The notes: generated from the sequence alone by a model not told the origin. A stretch of 17,292 nt of DNA from Octopus sinensis (GCF_006345805.1 NW_021824877.1:1-17292); one strand, 5' to 3'; counted from the stretch's first letter, positions 1-10,670 are shown. Made by a program: numbers and translations.

Positions 1-744
1 AAGAGAGAGACAGAGAGGGGTGAGATAGAGATAGAGGGAAGGAGGGAGGAAGGCGCTGAGGCAGACAGACAGAGAAGCCAAAATAATAGAAAAAAGTACA
101 CTGTTTACTCATGTCTGGGTTATAAGAGAGAAAATAAAAGATACCCGTATAGTGTTCAGGTGCACAAGACTTTCTTTGCTATTTATTGTATTTCATTTCT
201 GTTTTTATTTGCGTCTCGTTCGTTAGGCAAGGATAAAAGAAGTAGGTGGATCTTGAGTATAGAGGAAGATCTTTGCTCTCTCTCTCTCTCTTTCTTGTTC
301 TCTCTTCAATATCCACATCTTTCTCTCTGTCTCTTCAATTTCCACACCTTTGTCTGTCTGCCTGTCTGTCTTTACCTTACACACCTTTCTTTCTTTCTTT
401 CTTTCTTTCTTCAGTTCCCACACCTTTATCGCTTTCCCTCCCTTTCTTATCTTTTTGCTGAATTCATTCAGAAAATATACGGTAGCTTAGCTTAATCTTC
501 TGCTTAATCGTTTTTTAACTACTTTCTTTTTTTTTTTATATATTTTACTTGAAGAAGCGTCTTATATTAAGAAAAAAGAAAAAAGAAAAAAAAATAGAAT
601 CCTTTCGCCTACTTTAAAGAGTTTTTTTTTTTTTTGTTTAAGTGGGGAAATTCCACAAAAAATAGGTTCAAACTCAGGTAGATTTCCTAACAGAGAACAG
701 CATGTGTTCAAATCTCACCAAAGCAAATTTTGTCTTACGTCCTT

Positions 745-905
745 CCCGAGTTCAAATTCCGCCGAGGTCGACTTTGCCTTTCATCCTTTCGGGGTCGATA
801 AATTAAGTACCAGTTACGCACTGGGGTCGATGTAATCGACTTAATCCGTTTGTCTCTCCTTGTTTGTCCCCTCTGTGTTTAGCCCCTTGTGGGTAGTAAA
901 GAAAT
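745..905 (+). mobile_element. tRNA-derived SINE, 5'-truncated, with Meta-like central domain
   Basis: B-box-like GAGTTCAAATTCC followed by GTCGACTTTGCCTTTCATCCTTTCGGGGTCGATAAATTAAGTACCAG, which resembles the MetaSINE core from recall. Homologous to the inverted copy at 1040-1248. Confidence 0.85.
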
Positions 906-1039
906 ATATATTAGGATGAACGCTCATCCTAAAATAAAGTATCAGTCAAGTTTAACTGACTAAACTCCTGCCTTTCGGAGTGATACATCACCGAAGACTG
1001 ATTCTTTGGATTCAAATGTGTCTCGTTCCTAATACTCAT

Positions 1040-1248
1040 TTCTACTATAGGCACAAGGCCTGGAATTTTGGGGAAGGGGTTTAGTCAATTATATCGACCC
1101 CAGTCCTCAACTGGTTTTTATTTAATCGACTCTTAGAGGATAAAAGGCAAACTCGACCTCGGCGGAATTTGAACCCAGAACGCAAGGACGGATGAAATAC
1201 CGCAAAGCATTTTGCCCAGCGTGCTAACGATTCTGCCAGCTAACAGCC
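1040..1248 (-). mobile_element. tRNA-derived SINE, near full length, same family as 745-905 with a different 3' tail
   Basis: Minus strand reads GCTGGCAGAATCGTTAGCACGCTGGGC (A-box region) ... GGGTTCAAATTCCGCCGAGGTCGAG (B box), then a degenerate core. Confidence 0.85.
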
Positions 1249-1253
1249 TCTTC

Positions 1254-1302
1254 CTCATTCCTAATAGTTCTTTCTACTAAAGGCACAAGGCCTGAAATTT
1301 TG
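1254..1302. repeat. ~49-bp direct repeat of 1022-1070 (SINE tail plus flank)
   Basis: ctcgttcctaatactcatttctactataggcacaaggcctggaattttg versus ctcattcctaatagttctttctactaaaggcacaaggcctgaaattttg. Confidence 0.8.
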
Positions 1303-1404
1303 TGTGTTTGTGTGTGTGTGTGGTGTGTTTGTGTGTGTGTGTGTTGTGTGTCTGTGTGTGTGTGGTCGTGTGTGTATGTGTATGTGTGTGTGAGTGTAAT
1401 GTGT
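1301..1404. repeat. (GT)n imperfect microsatellite
   Basis: Direct reading of the sequence. Confidence 0.9.
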
Positions 1405-1560
1405 ATACAATGGGCTTCTTTCAATTTCTGTCTACTAAATCCACTCACAAGGCTTTGGTCACCCGGGGCTATCCTAGAAGACGCTTATCCAACGTGCCAC
1501 ACAGTGGGACTGAACACGGAATCATGCCGTTGGGAATCATGCTTCTTACAACACAGAATC
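1405..1560 (-). mobile_element. tRNA-derived, CORE-like SINE (second family), 5' part
   Basis: Shares aaatccactcacaaggctttggtc ... gtgccacacagtgggactgaac with the copies at 8415-8570 and 10695-10838. Confidence 0.8.
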
Positions 1561-1565
1561 ATATA

Positions 1566-2380
1566 TTGGATTGGCGACTAAGTTCCCGCCGATTTTTTTT
1601 AATTTTGGAATTTATTGCGTTTTTAAATTTTGGGATCTTTTTTTTTTTTTTTCGAGAATTCTGTTTTTGAATCATTTTGGAATCTATTTTATTTATTTAT
1701 TTTTTTGTTAATTTTAGCTAATTTTTGTTTATTTTCAGATCATTAAGATGGAATGTCAAGTTAAAAAAAACAAGCAATTTCTACACCTCTTTCTTTTTGC
1801 TTTTAATCAAGGTTCTAAGGCCGCAAAAGCTGCACGCGACATTTGTGCTGTGTATGGAGAGGGTGCCATAGCTGAAAGAACCGCCCGTGATTGGTATGCC
1901 AAGTTCAAAAATAGAAATTTTCACCTCAAAGATGCACCTCGTTCTGGCCGTCCAGTTGAGTTCGATGAAGAGCGATTAAACCAACTTTTGCACGAAAATT
2001 CTCGTCAAACGACAAGGGAACTGGCAGAGAAATGGAATGCTCCCATACTGCTATAGAGCAGCATTTTCACACGATGGAAAAGGTTCAGAAGTATGGAGCA
2101 CGGGTTCTGCTTGCTGTAAGTGACAACAACAAAAATCAACGAGTTACAATCTCCGCTGGTTTGCTTGCTTGTTACCGTTCACCTCATGGACACAAGCAAC
2201 CATTTCTTTACCGAATCGTTACTGGCGACGAAAAATGGTGCCTGTCCATCAATATGAAGCAGCGTAAAGAATGGCTTAGCCCCGGTAAAGAAGCGACACT
2301 GCGTGTGAAACAAGATCTTCATCTGCGTAAAACGATGTTGCGCGTATGGTGGGACCGCGGGAACTTAGTTGCCAATCCAA
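1566..2380 (+). mobile_element. mariner transposon, internally deleted, both TIRs present
   Basis: 24-bp TIRs TTGGATTGGCGACTAAGTTCCCGC (1566-1589) and GCGGGAACTTAGTTGCCAATCCAA (2357-2380), one mismatch. TA at 1564-1565; the right flank reads AT. Confidence 0.93.
1748..2356 (+). pseudogene. mariner transposase, frameshifted and C-terminally deleted
   Basis: HTH region AARDICAVYGEGAIAERTARDWYAKFK...DAPRSGRP, QTTRELAEK, frameshift near 2030, RIVTGDEKW (first catalytic D), then KTMLRVWWD running straight into the right TIR. Confidence 0.93.
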
Positions 2381-2385
2381 ATCTC

Positions 2386-2510
2386 TTGTGTGTGTGTGTT
2401 GTGTGTGTGTGTGTGTGTGTGCGTGTGTGTGTGCGTGCGTGTGTGTTTGTATGAGTGTATTTGAATATTTGTGTCTGTGTTTGTACCCCCGACCATTGCT
2501 TGACAACCAC
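2386..2510 (+). mobile_element. 3' part of CORE-like SINE with internal (GT)n
   Basis: tgtgtttgtacccccgaccattgcttgacaacc matches the reverse complement of gttgtcaagcagtggtaggagacaaacaca at about 10587-10616. Confidence 0.65.
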
Positions 2511-2670
2511 TGTTTTATTGAATGCAGAGAGTTCTGAAGTCCAAATTTCTTTTATTCGGCTGTAATATTCTTTAGTAACACGTATTTTGTTACTGGTGCC
2601 ATTGCAAGATATATTTTCATCCACCCCTAGATACCCGTAACATTCCTCGTCAGATACAGGGAAAACAGTC
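2509..2670 (-). pseudogene. R4/Dong-type non-LTR retrotransposon reverse transcriptase C-terminal fragment
   Basis: [51 protein letters not shown] contains the Y.YLG motif and the KEY..R...IW.SELSA.NK thumb typical of R4-clade RTs. Confidence 0.8.
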
Positions 2671-2709
2671 ATGTATGTATGTATGTATGTATATGATATA
2701 TTCACACAC

Positions 2710-2804
<95 letters not shown>

Positions 2805-2843
2805 ATATGTATGTATGTATATATATATATATTATATATATAT

Positions 2844-2924
<81 letters not shown>

Positions 2925-2938
2925 CATACATATGTATA
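2671..2938. repeat. (TA)n/(TATG)n microsatellite tract
   Basis: Direct reading of the sequence. Confidence 0.95.
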
Positions 2939-3618
2939 TCCTGTTATAAGTCAATAGAATTTTATTAAAGTACTTCATTTTGGGATAACTGAACCTTAAT
3001 CGCCTTATCTTATTAATCAGGTTGATGAGAGAATTATCCAAAGTTTTCCTCATTAACGCATAAACAAGAAATATGTATCAATCTCGACTATCCATCAAAT
3101 TACTGTCTATCTAGCTAGCTAGCTAGCTATTTGTGGTCTATTTGTGGTCTATCTAGCTATTTGTGGTCTAACTACTTCTACTTTCCTCAGCGATTGCGCG
3201 TTTCTTTAAAAAAGCATACCTTGAATATAAAAAATATAGTATTATGTGTATGTGTATGCGTATATATAAATACGCGTACACAAATGCACTTACACGCAAA
3301 TACAAATACACACATATACACCCATTCATAAATAAGTATACGCGAAAGATATCATGCATACGTTTTGTCTCTCTCTCTCTCTCTTTCTCTCTCTCTCCCC
3401 CCCCCCCTCTCTCTCTCTCACACACACATGCACACACGCGTTATACAACCGCCATTAAATAAATGCACTCGGGTACCATTTTGAACTATTGCTTGTCTGC
3501 TTCACCTATCTATTAAGATCAATCTATCTATTTAACTGTCCTCTTATTTTTTCTACCCCAGCCCACTAAACATGTTCTTGATAATTCATTTCTGTTGCTC
3601 GTATCATTTCTTTACGTT

Positions 3619-3620
3619 AT

Positions 3621-3651
<31 letters not shown>

Positions 3652-3654
3652 TAT

Positions 3655-3685
<31 letters not shown>

Positions 3686-3763
3686 CGCGCGCGTGTGTTT
3701 ATGTATGTATGTATGTATGTAGGTAGGTAGGTAGGTAGGTATGTAGGTAGGTAGGTTGGTTGG
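3619..3763. repeat. compound (TA)n-(TATG)n-(TAGG)n-(TTGG)n microsatellite
   Basis: Direct reading of the sequence. Confidence 0.9.
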
Positions 3764-4133
3764 TGTATATTATAATTTTGTTTATGCTCATCATCTTATT
3801 TATTCAATTTAAAACCTATTTTCTTATCTTCACATCCCACATATAAACCTCACAATTACCTTAGCAAAGCACTATAATCCTCTCTTTTTCTTTACCTTTT
3901 TTTTTTCCTTCATTTAATTTCTGCTTTTTTCTCTGATATATATCTTTTGTTTTGTTTTGGTTTCTGTCTGTCTTTTTTTTTTGTTTTTTCCCCCTTATCG
4001 TCTGCTTTTCCGCGTCTGTTTTTTTCATTTATCGTCTGCTTTTCTGTCTGCACTCTGCTTGCCACATCGTCAGGTTCTATCTATCCAGTCATTCAATCAT
4101 CTAACTATATCGCTTCTCATTTTCTTTCTCTTG

Positions 4134-4144
4134 TACACACACAC

Positions 4145-4181
<37 letters not shown>

Positions 4182-4320
4182 TCCTCCTTCTTTTTCTTTC
4201 CCTCCCCTCTCTCTCTCTCTCTCTCTCATGATTTCCCCTCAATTTACAAGAAATGTAATGCCACCTACGCAGACTCACCACGAGTTCTTTCTACCTTCTA
4301 CTTTTCTCTGTCACTATCTA

Positions 4321-4361
<41 letters not shown>

Positions 4362-4500
4362 GCTGTCTACCTATTTATGTGCGTATGTGTGTTGTGCGTT
4401 TGTGAGTGTGTATGTGTGCGTGTGAAAGTGTGTGTGTGTGCTTGCATGTTTGTGACAGTGTGTCTATGTGTTGTCTCTCACTCTCTCTCTCTCTCTCTGC

Positions 4501-4544
<44 letters not shown>

Positions 4545-5090
4545 TGCCTATCTGTCTTTCGGTCTCTCGGTCTGTCTCACATACGAACACAATGGCCGCG
4601 CGCCTCTACTTTCATCCATCTGTTTTTCGCATCAGTTCACTATTAATCAGCAAATTCTTTTTGAGCTGGACAGGTACGTGAACACACGTTCATATACACG
4701 CAAGCATGCGAACACATAAACACTCATACACTTATACAACACACACACCCATTCTCTTACATGAGTAATTACAGTCACACTACTTACTCATAAAACACAT
4801 ACACACACACGCAAACACAAACATGCATACAGACACACACACAACACACACACACACATACACACGCACACATACACACACATACACACAAACAGAGCCT
4901 TCACACATTCACATACATGCACACATACACAAATTGCTTCTCACACCCCAATTCAAACACCCACTCACCGTAGCTTTATTGAGTATACACACAAATACAC
5001 ACATACACATACACACACACACACACATACACGCACAAACAAACACACGCACGCACATACATACACACACAAACACACTCACATACACAC
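4134..5090. repeat. cluster of (CA)n, (CT)n, (TCTA)n and (GT)n microsatellites and degenerate derivatives
   Basis: Direct reading. Explains the ORFs from 3947 to 5113. Confidence 0.85.
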
Positions 5091-5330
5091 ATGAGGATGA
5101 AACTCATTCATAACAGTTTGTTTTCAAAGGTGAGGACTAGACACCAAAATAAAAGCCGGAGGTACGTGTAAAGAAACAAACATGTTGGTGGGGGTGGTCA
5201 TGCTAAGAATGTTGTTGCAGGTGGGTGCTGGTGGTGCTGGTGGTGCTGGTACTGGTGGCGGTGAGAAGACTATCAGAAATGTATGTGTGATGTCGTTGTA
5301 GTTAGTTAATTAGTTGGTTAGTTAGTAAGT

Positions 5331-5358
5331 TAGTAGTAGTAGTAGTAGTAGTAGTAGC

Positions 5359-5421
<63 letters not shown>
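5331..5421. repeat. (AGT)n trinucleotide repeat
   Basis: About 30 units with one AGC interruption. Confidence 0.95.
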
Positions 5422-5422
<1 letters not shown>

Positions 5423-5558
5423 TGAAAGAAGCTGAGACGAGTAAACAGTCTAAAATGTCTTTGGTTCTTTTCTTGTTGGCGTTGTTTAGTCTTTGTTCAA
5501 CTTTGATCCAGCAGAGCTTATGATCAAAGGCCTTCCAAATATGACTACCTCGTCTTTG

Positions 5559-5561
<3 letters not shown>

Positions 5562-5600
<39 letters not shown>

Positions 5601-5609
5601 CATCATCAT

Positions 5610-5659
<50 letters not shown>

Positions 5660-5676
5660 TATTATTATTATTATTA

Positions 5677-5712
<36 letters not shown>

Positions 5713-5727
5713 CATCATCATCATCAT

Positions 5728-5807
<80 letters not shown>

Positions 5808-5835
5808 CATTATTGTTGTTGTTGTTGTTATTATT
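5562..5835. repeat. compound (ATT)n/(ATC)n/(GTT)n trinucleotide repeat
   Basis: Alternating blocks read directly. Confidence 0.95.
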
Positions 5836-6245
5836 AAATTATGTTATCCAATATGATCTTCCTTTAATCTTTCAAACGATATGTGAGAGATTCCGCTGCT
5901 TATATCAGTAAGTCGAACAACCAGTGTTGAAGCTCTTCTTTCAAATTTGATAGGCAATGGTTAATGGAACGAGATTCAGCGTGAAAGACGAAGCGTGTTG
6001 CATAATCAGTACTCTGTCAGATCGTGTGTGACTTTAGGTTTTGGTTGCGATCCAACAGAACGTGTGCGCATGTGAGACTTGCGTAGACCCAGGGTCTAAA
6101 GTAGTATTCTAGAGTCTTGCACAAGTGCCACGCTGTTTTGCGACTGACTGAGCATGGCGTTACATGTTCAACTGTAAACTATCTGTTCCTAGTTTCACCC
6201 AGAGACCTCAAATAACAGCAACTAGAACGTTTTACCATGTTATAA

Positions 6246-8390
6246 CACTGGTCAACAAAACTCGAACTTTTTGCTGTCCTATGACCTAAAGAAATGGAAC
6301 TTTATAATACTTTTAATGCAGATCTCGGATCTGTTTTTAGAATATTTCTATCAAGCATAGCTTTTATGTGACAGAATAATCAAATTATACAATAATCATA
6401 CAATATTAATGCAGAAATAAGGCTGACAATTATAATTGGTCAATAGAATTAATGAAAAATGTTGTCCCATAAGCAAAAGTAGGTGAATTTAATAGCATTT
6501 TATCTGCAGAATTCAAGCATGTTTTCAGATTTTTTCCTCTAAGTTATAGTTTTTCTTTGATAGCATATATAAAATGTTAAACAAATGTATTTTAATGAAT
6601 TCAAAGATCTGGCTGGTATTACAAGGAAACTTACCTTTAAAACGTAGAAGAGTAAGATTCTCAACTGTATTTAGCTTCTGAAACATCCTTTTTTAGTGAC
6701 CAACGATAATCAGCCAACATAGAAGAGCCCCGCTTTCCTTGGTACCGGGTTTCTATGTTCAGAATGGCCTAGTGAAACCCTCACGCAGTGTTCGTCACTG
6801 ACAGCCCCAACAATTGCAGGGAAAAAGTCCAAGTGAGAATCCAAGAAGTGGATTTTTAGGCCCATATTGCATCCCAAGGCCTTGTATGATGTCAGTAGCC
6901 TTTCGCAAAGATAGAATAGTTTCCCCCCAAACTCTCTGCAAACTTGCTTAAATGACAGCCACACAGCTTTTTCAATATCTTTGAATCAAACTTTTGACCT
7001 CTCATCAGCTCCTTAATCTGTGGCCTAACAAAAATACCTTCCTTGATTTTTGCGTCACTTACTCTTGGAAATTTAGTTTTCAAATACGTGAATCCCTTAC
7101 CAGTTGTATCCATAACATTGGCGAAATTCTTCATCCATCCTAGCTTAATATGCAAAGGAGGCAGATAAATTTTCTCAGAATCAACAAGGGGAGGATCGAT
7201 GACATTCTCCTCTCTGGGAGTCAGAGATCGTTTCGGCGCCACACATTCTTTTCATAATGATTTTTTTTTTCTGATCCCGACTCTCCCACCCACAGAAAAG
7301 CAACAAAACTTGATGTAACCCAACTGCATTCCAAGTAAAAGTACCACAACTTTTAGATCACGACAAATATTCCACTTACGTTCCTCATACTTAACTGTTT
7401 GCAACAGAAGCTTCATACTCTCGTACGTTTGCTTCAAGTTAGCTGCATGGGCCAGAAGAACAGAAGGATACTTATTTCCATTGTGGAGTAAAACTGCTTT
7501 CAAGCTTACTTTTGATGAGATAATAAACAAACACCACTCATTCGTGCTATAATTGTGGTTAAACTCCTGCATACGAGAGTATACATCTTTACAAAACACC
7601 ACACCATCCTCAATTGAGAAAAAAATTGCAAAATCACAATGCAGAGCACGATAAAAACTAACTTTCTGGAGCCCTTTAACCTGGAACCAAGAAGTTCGGC
7701 TAGCTTTTTCGACAAGCTTAAATCCCGCACAAGAGCATCAGATCTCTCTGACTCAACAAATGTGGTTCACTTGATGAACAATAAGGCTCAAAATCCATGT
7801 CACCCGTTTCTTTCTCCACATCTACATCACTTGACCTGTCGTCACTAAGTGTCATTTGTTTTGGAGGGTCAAATACAGCTAAGTGTTGACTGTGAAGTAC
7901 TGGTCTCATAGCAGATTGTAAATTATGATATTTCGCAGTATGCTTGGATTTTGATGTTATACCTTGTATATTCGTCATGCAGAAGTAGCAATCTGAAGTG
8001 TGATCGTTGAGCACTCTCCAAATCATAGTGATGGCAAAAGGCATATGGCGTGAACCTTTGGCCCATGCAGTCAGAAGCCTGACACAGGTTATACAATGCA
8101 CATGAGGGGCCCAGCTTTTATCCTGGTCACCCCCTTTGCAGTCAAAATAATGCTCATAGCACTTTTTAATCAATGGCGTGAAACGCCGTCTTTGTGACTT
8201 GAATGTTAAGTCATCGTAAATATAGCAAAAGTTGTTTGCCATGTTTATACAGTTTCTTGGCATTGTGAAGGTGAATTAAATATGTGAACTTAATACACAA
8301 CAGCACGCCTACATTTCAAGCCCAGGTACTGACAAAGCATCGGTGATTGATCGACTCAGTGATGCCACCTTCGGTGACTCATTGACTCAG
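6246..8390 (-). mobile_element. Chapaev3-type (CMC superfamily) DNA transposon; one terminus recognised
   Basis: Terminus TAA|CACTGGTCAACAAAA at 6246 fits the CAC end and TWA target typical of Chapaev3. It encloses a transposase pseudogene. The other terminus was not found before the SINE at 8415. Confidence 0.8.
6638..8263 (-). pseudogene. Chapaev3-type DDE transposase, multiply frameshifted
   Basis: Colinear motifs: FCYI, DQDKSWAPH..C..C, H..DCYFC, SAMRPV.HS, LLHNGNKYPSV, WNICRDLKVV.LLLGMQLGY.KFCCF, IYLPPLHIKLG.MKNF, KIKEGIFV.PQIKELM, KIHFLDSHLDFFP...GAVSDEH, MLADY.W. Confidence 0.88.
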
Positions 8391-8414
8391 ATAGCTAGAT
8401 ATATATATATACAT

Positions 8415-8570
8415 ATACGATGGGCTTCTTTAAGTTTCCATCTACCAAATCCACTCACAAGGCTTTGGTCGGCCTGAGGCTATAGTTGAAGGCACTTGCC
8501 CAAGGTGTCACGCAGTGGGATTTAACCCGGAACCATGTAGTTGGTAAGCAAGCTACTTACCACACAACCA
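8415..8570 (-). mobile_element. tRNA-derived CORE-like SINE, 5' part
   Basis: Minus strand reads TGGTTGTGTGGTAAGTAGCTTGCTTACCAACTACATGGTTCCGGGTTAAATCCCACTGCGTGACACCTTGGGCAAGTG: A/B boxes followed by the CORE-like CCTTGGGCAAGT. Confidence 0.85.
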
Positions 8571-8695
8571 TAAATTTAGATTTAGATGAACATGGTACTT
8601 AAGTTGAGGCACCAGAATTTAGTACGGTATTATCCATACAATTTCAAAGTAAGGTGATTAAAATCAAAATCAGCAACAAGGATATCCAGAGGTAA

Positions 8696-8782
8696 TGCAG
8701 TACGATCGTTTCATGCAACTCCATTTAATTGAACAATGTAATCATTACAGTAATTTAAAATGCACACCAATCCTCAGCTGCA
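8696..8782 (-). ncRNA. type I hammerhead ribozyme motif with long stem II
   Basis: Minus strand: UGCAG-CUGAGGA-[long hairpin]-GAAA-C-GAUC-GUA-CUGCA. Perfect 5-bp stem I, palindromic ACGAUCGU stem III, GUA cleavage triplet. Confidence 0.8.
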
Positions 8783-9358
8783 CAAAGACATAGAATTTAA
8801 TTAAATTAGAACAGATGGACACATTAGTATAATTATACCTAAAATCTTCAAGAAGTTAAGGAGATAGACAAAGAACATGCTGCGTTCACTCCAGCATAGA
8901 AACTACTACTCCAGCTTCTAATAACCCACCTCAAGTATATAATACTATTTAATAGTATTATATCTTTTTCTAAATAAGCTTTATTGATATCTATAAATAC
9001 GGGGGGAAATAAATATTCGTATATGTCAAAATTCTTTATTTATTTAATTTCTAATGAACATAAATGGGATATACCAATATTATATTTGAATACACATGCA
9101 TAAACTAAGAATATGCAAAAGAAACTAATAAATTATAGTAACTAATGAATTTATATACAATTATAAATATTTAGGGGTGAAAAAAGTATTCGTACAGAAT
9201 AAATTTATGATTTTCTATGCCACAAAATACTGTTAAAGTAAATTTTTTTTCTAGAACTCTCTCGTTTGTTCCAATAATCTTATCAGTTGTCATTTTTAAG
9301 TGTCAAAACGCTAGCTTCTTCATTCAGCACCGAGGCAACATAAAGTAGTATCGTAATA

Positions 9359-9885
9359 ATGACGAAAAGTAAAGAACTCACAAATTCAGTGAAAAACTTA
9401 ATTATTAAACAGTGGAAAGCAGGTAAAAGTTACAGGAAAATATCAGAGACCCTTTGTATTCCATTTTCTGCCGTATCTTCATTTATTCAAAGATATAAAA
9501 AAATCGGGAACTTTTGAAAACAGAATAAGATCCGGTGCACCACGCAAGATTTCTCATAGATCTTTAAGAAAAATGAAGCGAAGAATCGAAAAAAACGTAT
9601 TGATCGCCAAAAAGGAGTTGCAAGAAGATTTGTTAGCTTCAGGGACAAGTGTTACACTACGAACAATCAGCAATGAACTTCATAGGAATGAACTGAAGTC
9701 ACGCTCTCCTAGAAAAAACTCCGCTGTTGACTAAAAGGCATAGAGATGCCCGTTTAAAATTTGTTTATAAACATAAGGATAAATCTGATACATTCTGGGA
9801 AAATGTTCTATGGGCAGACGAGTCCAAAATTGAATTGTTTGGACGAAATTCGCGTAGCCATGTTTGGAGGAAAGATGGTACCGCC
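9359..9885 (+). pseudogene. Tc1-like transposase, N-terminal half, frameshifted
   Basis: MTKSKELTNSVKNLIIKQWKAGKSYRKISETL (paired-like HTH), RSGAPRKIS, TPLLTKRHRDARLKF, FWENVLWADESKIELFG (first D), HVWRKDGT, then an abrupt end. Confidence 0.9.
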
Positions 9886-10288
9886 TGTTTGCTGGCCCGA
9901 CAATGTTTATTCAGACGCATTTTGTGATGTCGGGCGCGAAAATACCTTAAGCTAAGCCTGAAAGCAAAAAAAGTCATAAAAGAATCATCCATAACTTGCA
10001 ATAAGCAACATTTATTAAACGTTATTACTGTTATTACTGTTATTTCTTTATTTTCTGCAAGCAAAATGCACCAAAAAGCTACACGTTTGCATTATGTTAT
10101 ATATACAATAATAATAAAGGACGTTACCGTATACAGTTTTACAAACCAAGCGCGTTATATAGACCTCCTTGACTCAAGTTAGAGAAGGGGTGCGTATTAT
10201 ACACAAGGTTTAGGTTTTTCAGAGGTACAGCCCCCTAAAAAGCCCCTGCGTATTATACCCAAGGGTGGACTATACTTTAGGATTTACG
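9886..10288. mobile_element. Tc2/pogo-like DNA transposon terminal fragment nested in the Tc1 element
   Basis: The reverse complement from 10288 reads TA|CGTAAATCCTAAAGTATAGTCCACCCTTGGGTATAATACGCAGGGG, resembling the CCGTA termini of Tc2-like elements. TGCGTATTATAC is repeated at 10191 and 10247. The inner boundary is uncertain. Confidence 0.6.
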
Positions 10289-10334
10289 TAAATAAAGAAT
10301 TTTGACATGAACGAATATTTATTTCCCCCCACTG

Positions 10335-10486
<152 letters not shown>

Positions 10487-10488
10487 GG

Positions 10489-10607
10489 AGCGAATCGACC
10501 CCTGTACTTATGATTTTTAAGCTTCATACTTATTCTATCCGTGTCTTTTGCCGAACCGCTATTTTATGTACACACACCAACACCAGTTGTCAAGCAGTGG
10601 TAGGAGA

Positions 10608-10670
<63 letters not shown>

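Larger units (their letters stand above)
9000..10334 (+). mobile_element. Tc1-family transposon with IR/DR-type ends, disrupted
   Basis: The left end TA|C-GGGGGGAAATAAATATTCGTATATGTCAAAATTCTTTATTTA (AGT missing) matches the reverse complement of 10289-10334 (...CCCCCCACTG|TA). An inner direct repeat AGGGGTGAAAAAAGTATTCGTA lies at about 9173-9194. Confidence 0.9.

Noticed and set aside
1748-2454. Domesticated SETMAR-like host gene
   Set aside because: Flanked by TIRs, frameshifted, no SET domain, and lacking two catalytic residues.
4040-4076. Minus-strand CUGACGA-UGU...ACA-GAAA hammerhead-like core
   Set aside because: No stem III, NUH triplet or stem I pairing follows GAAA.
3957-4646. Longest ORF in the track (229 aa)
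   Set aside because: Made of translated CA, CT, TCTA and GT microsatellites.
5322-5837. Poly-Ile/Leu/Tyr/His ORFs
   Set aside because: Trinucleotide-repeat translations.
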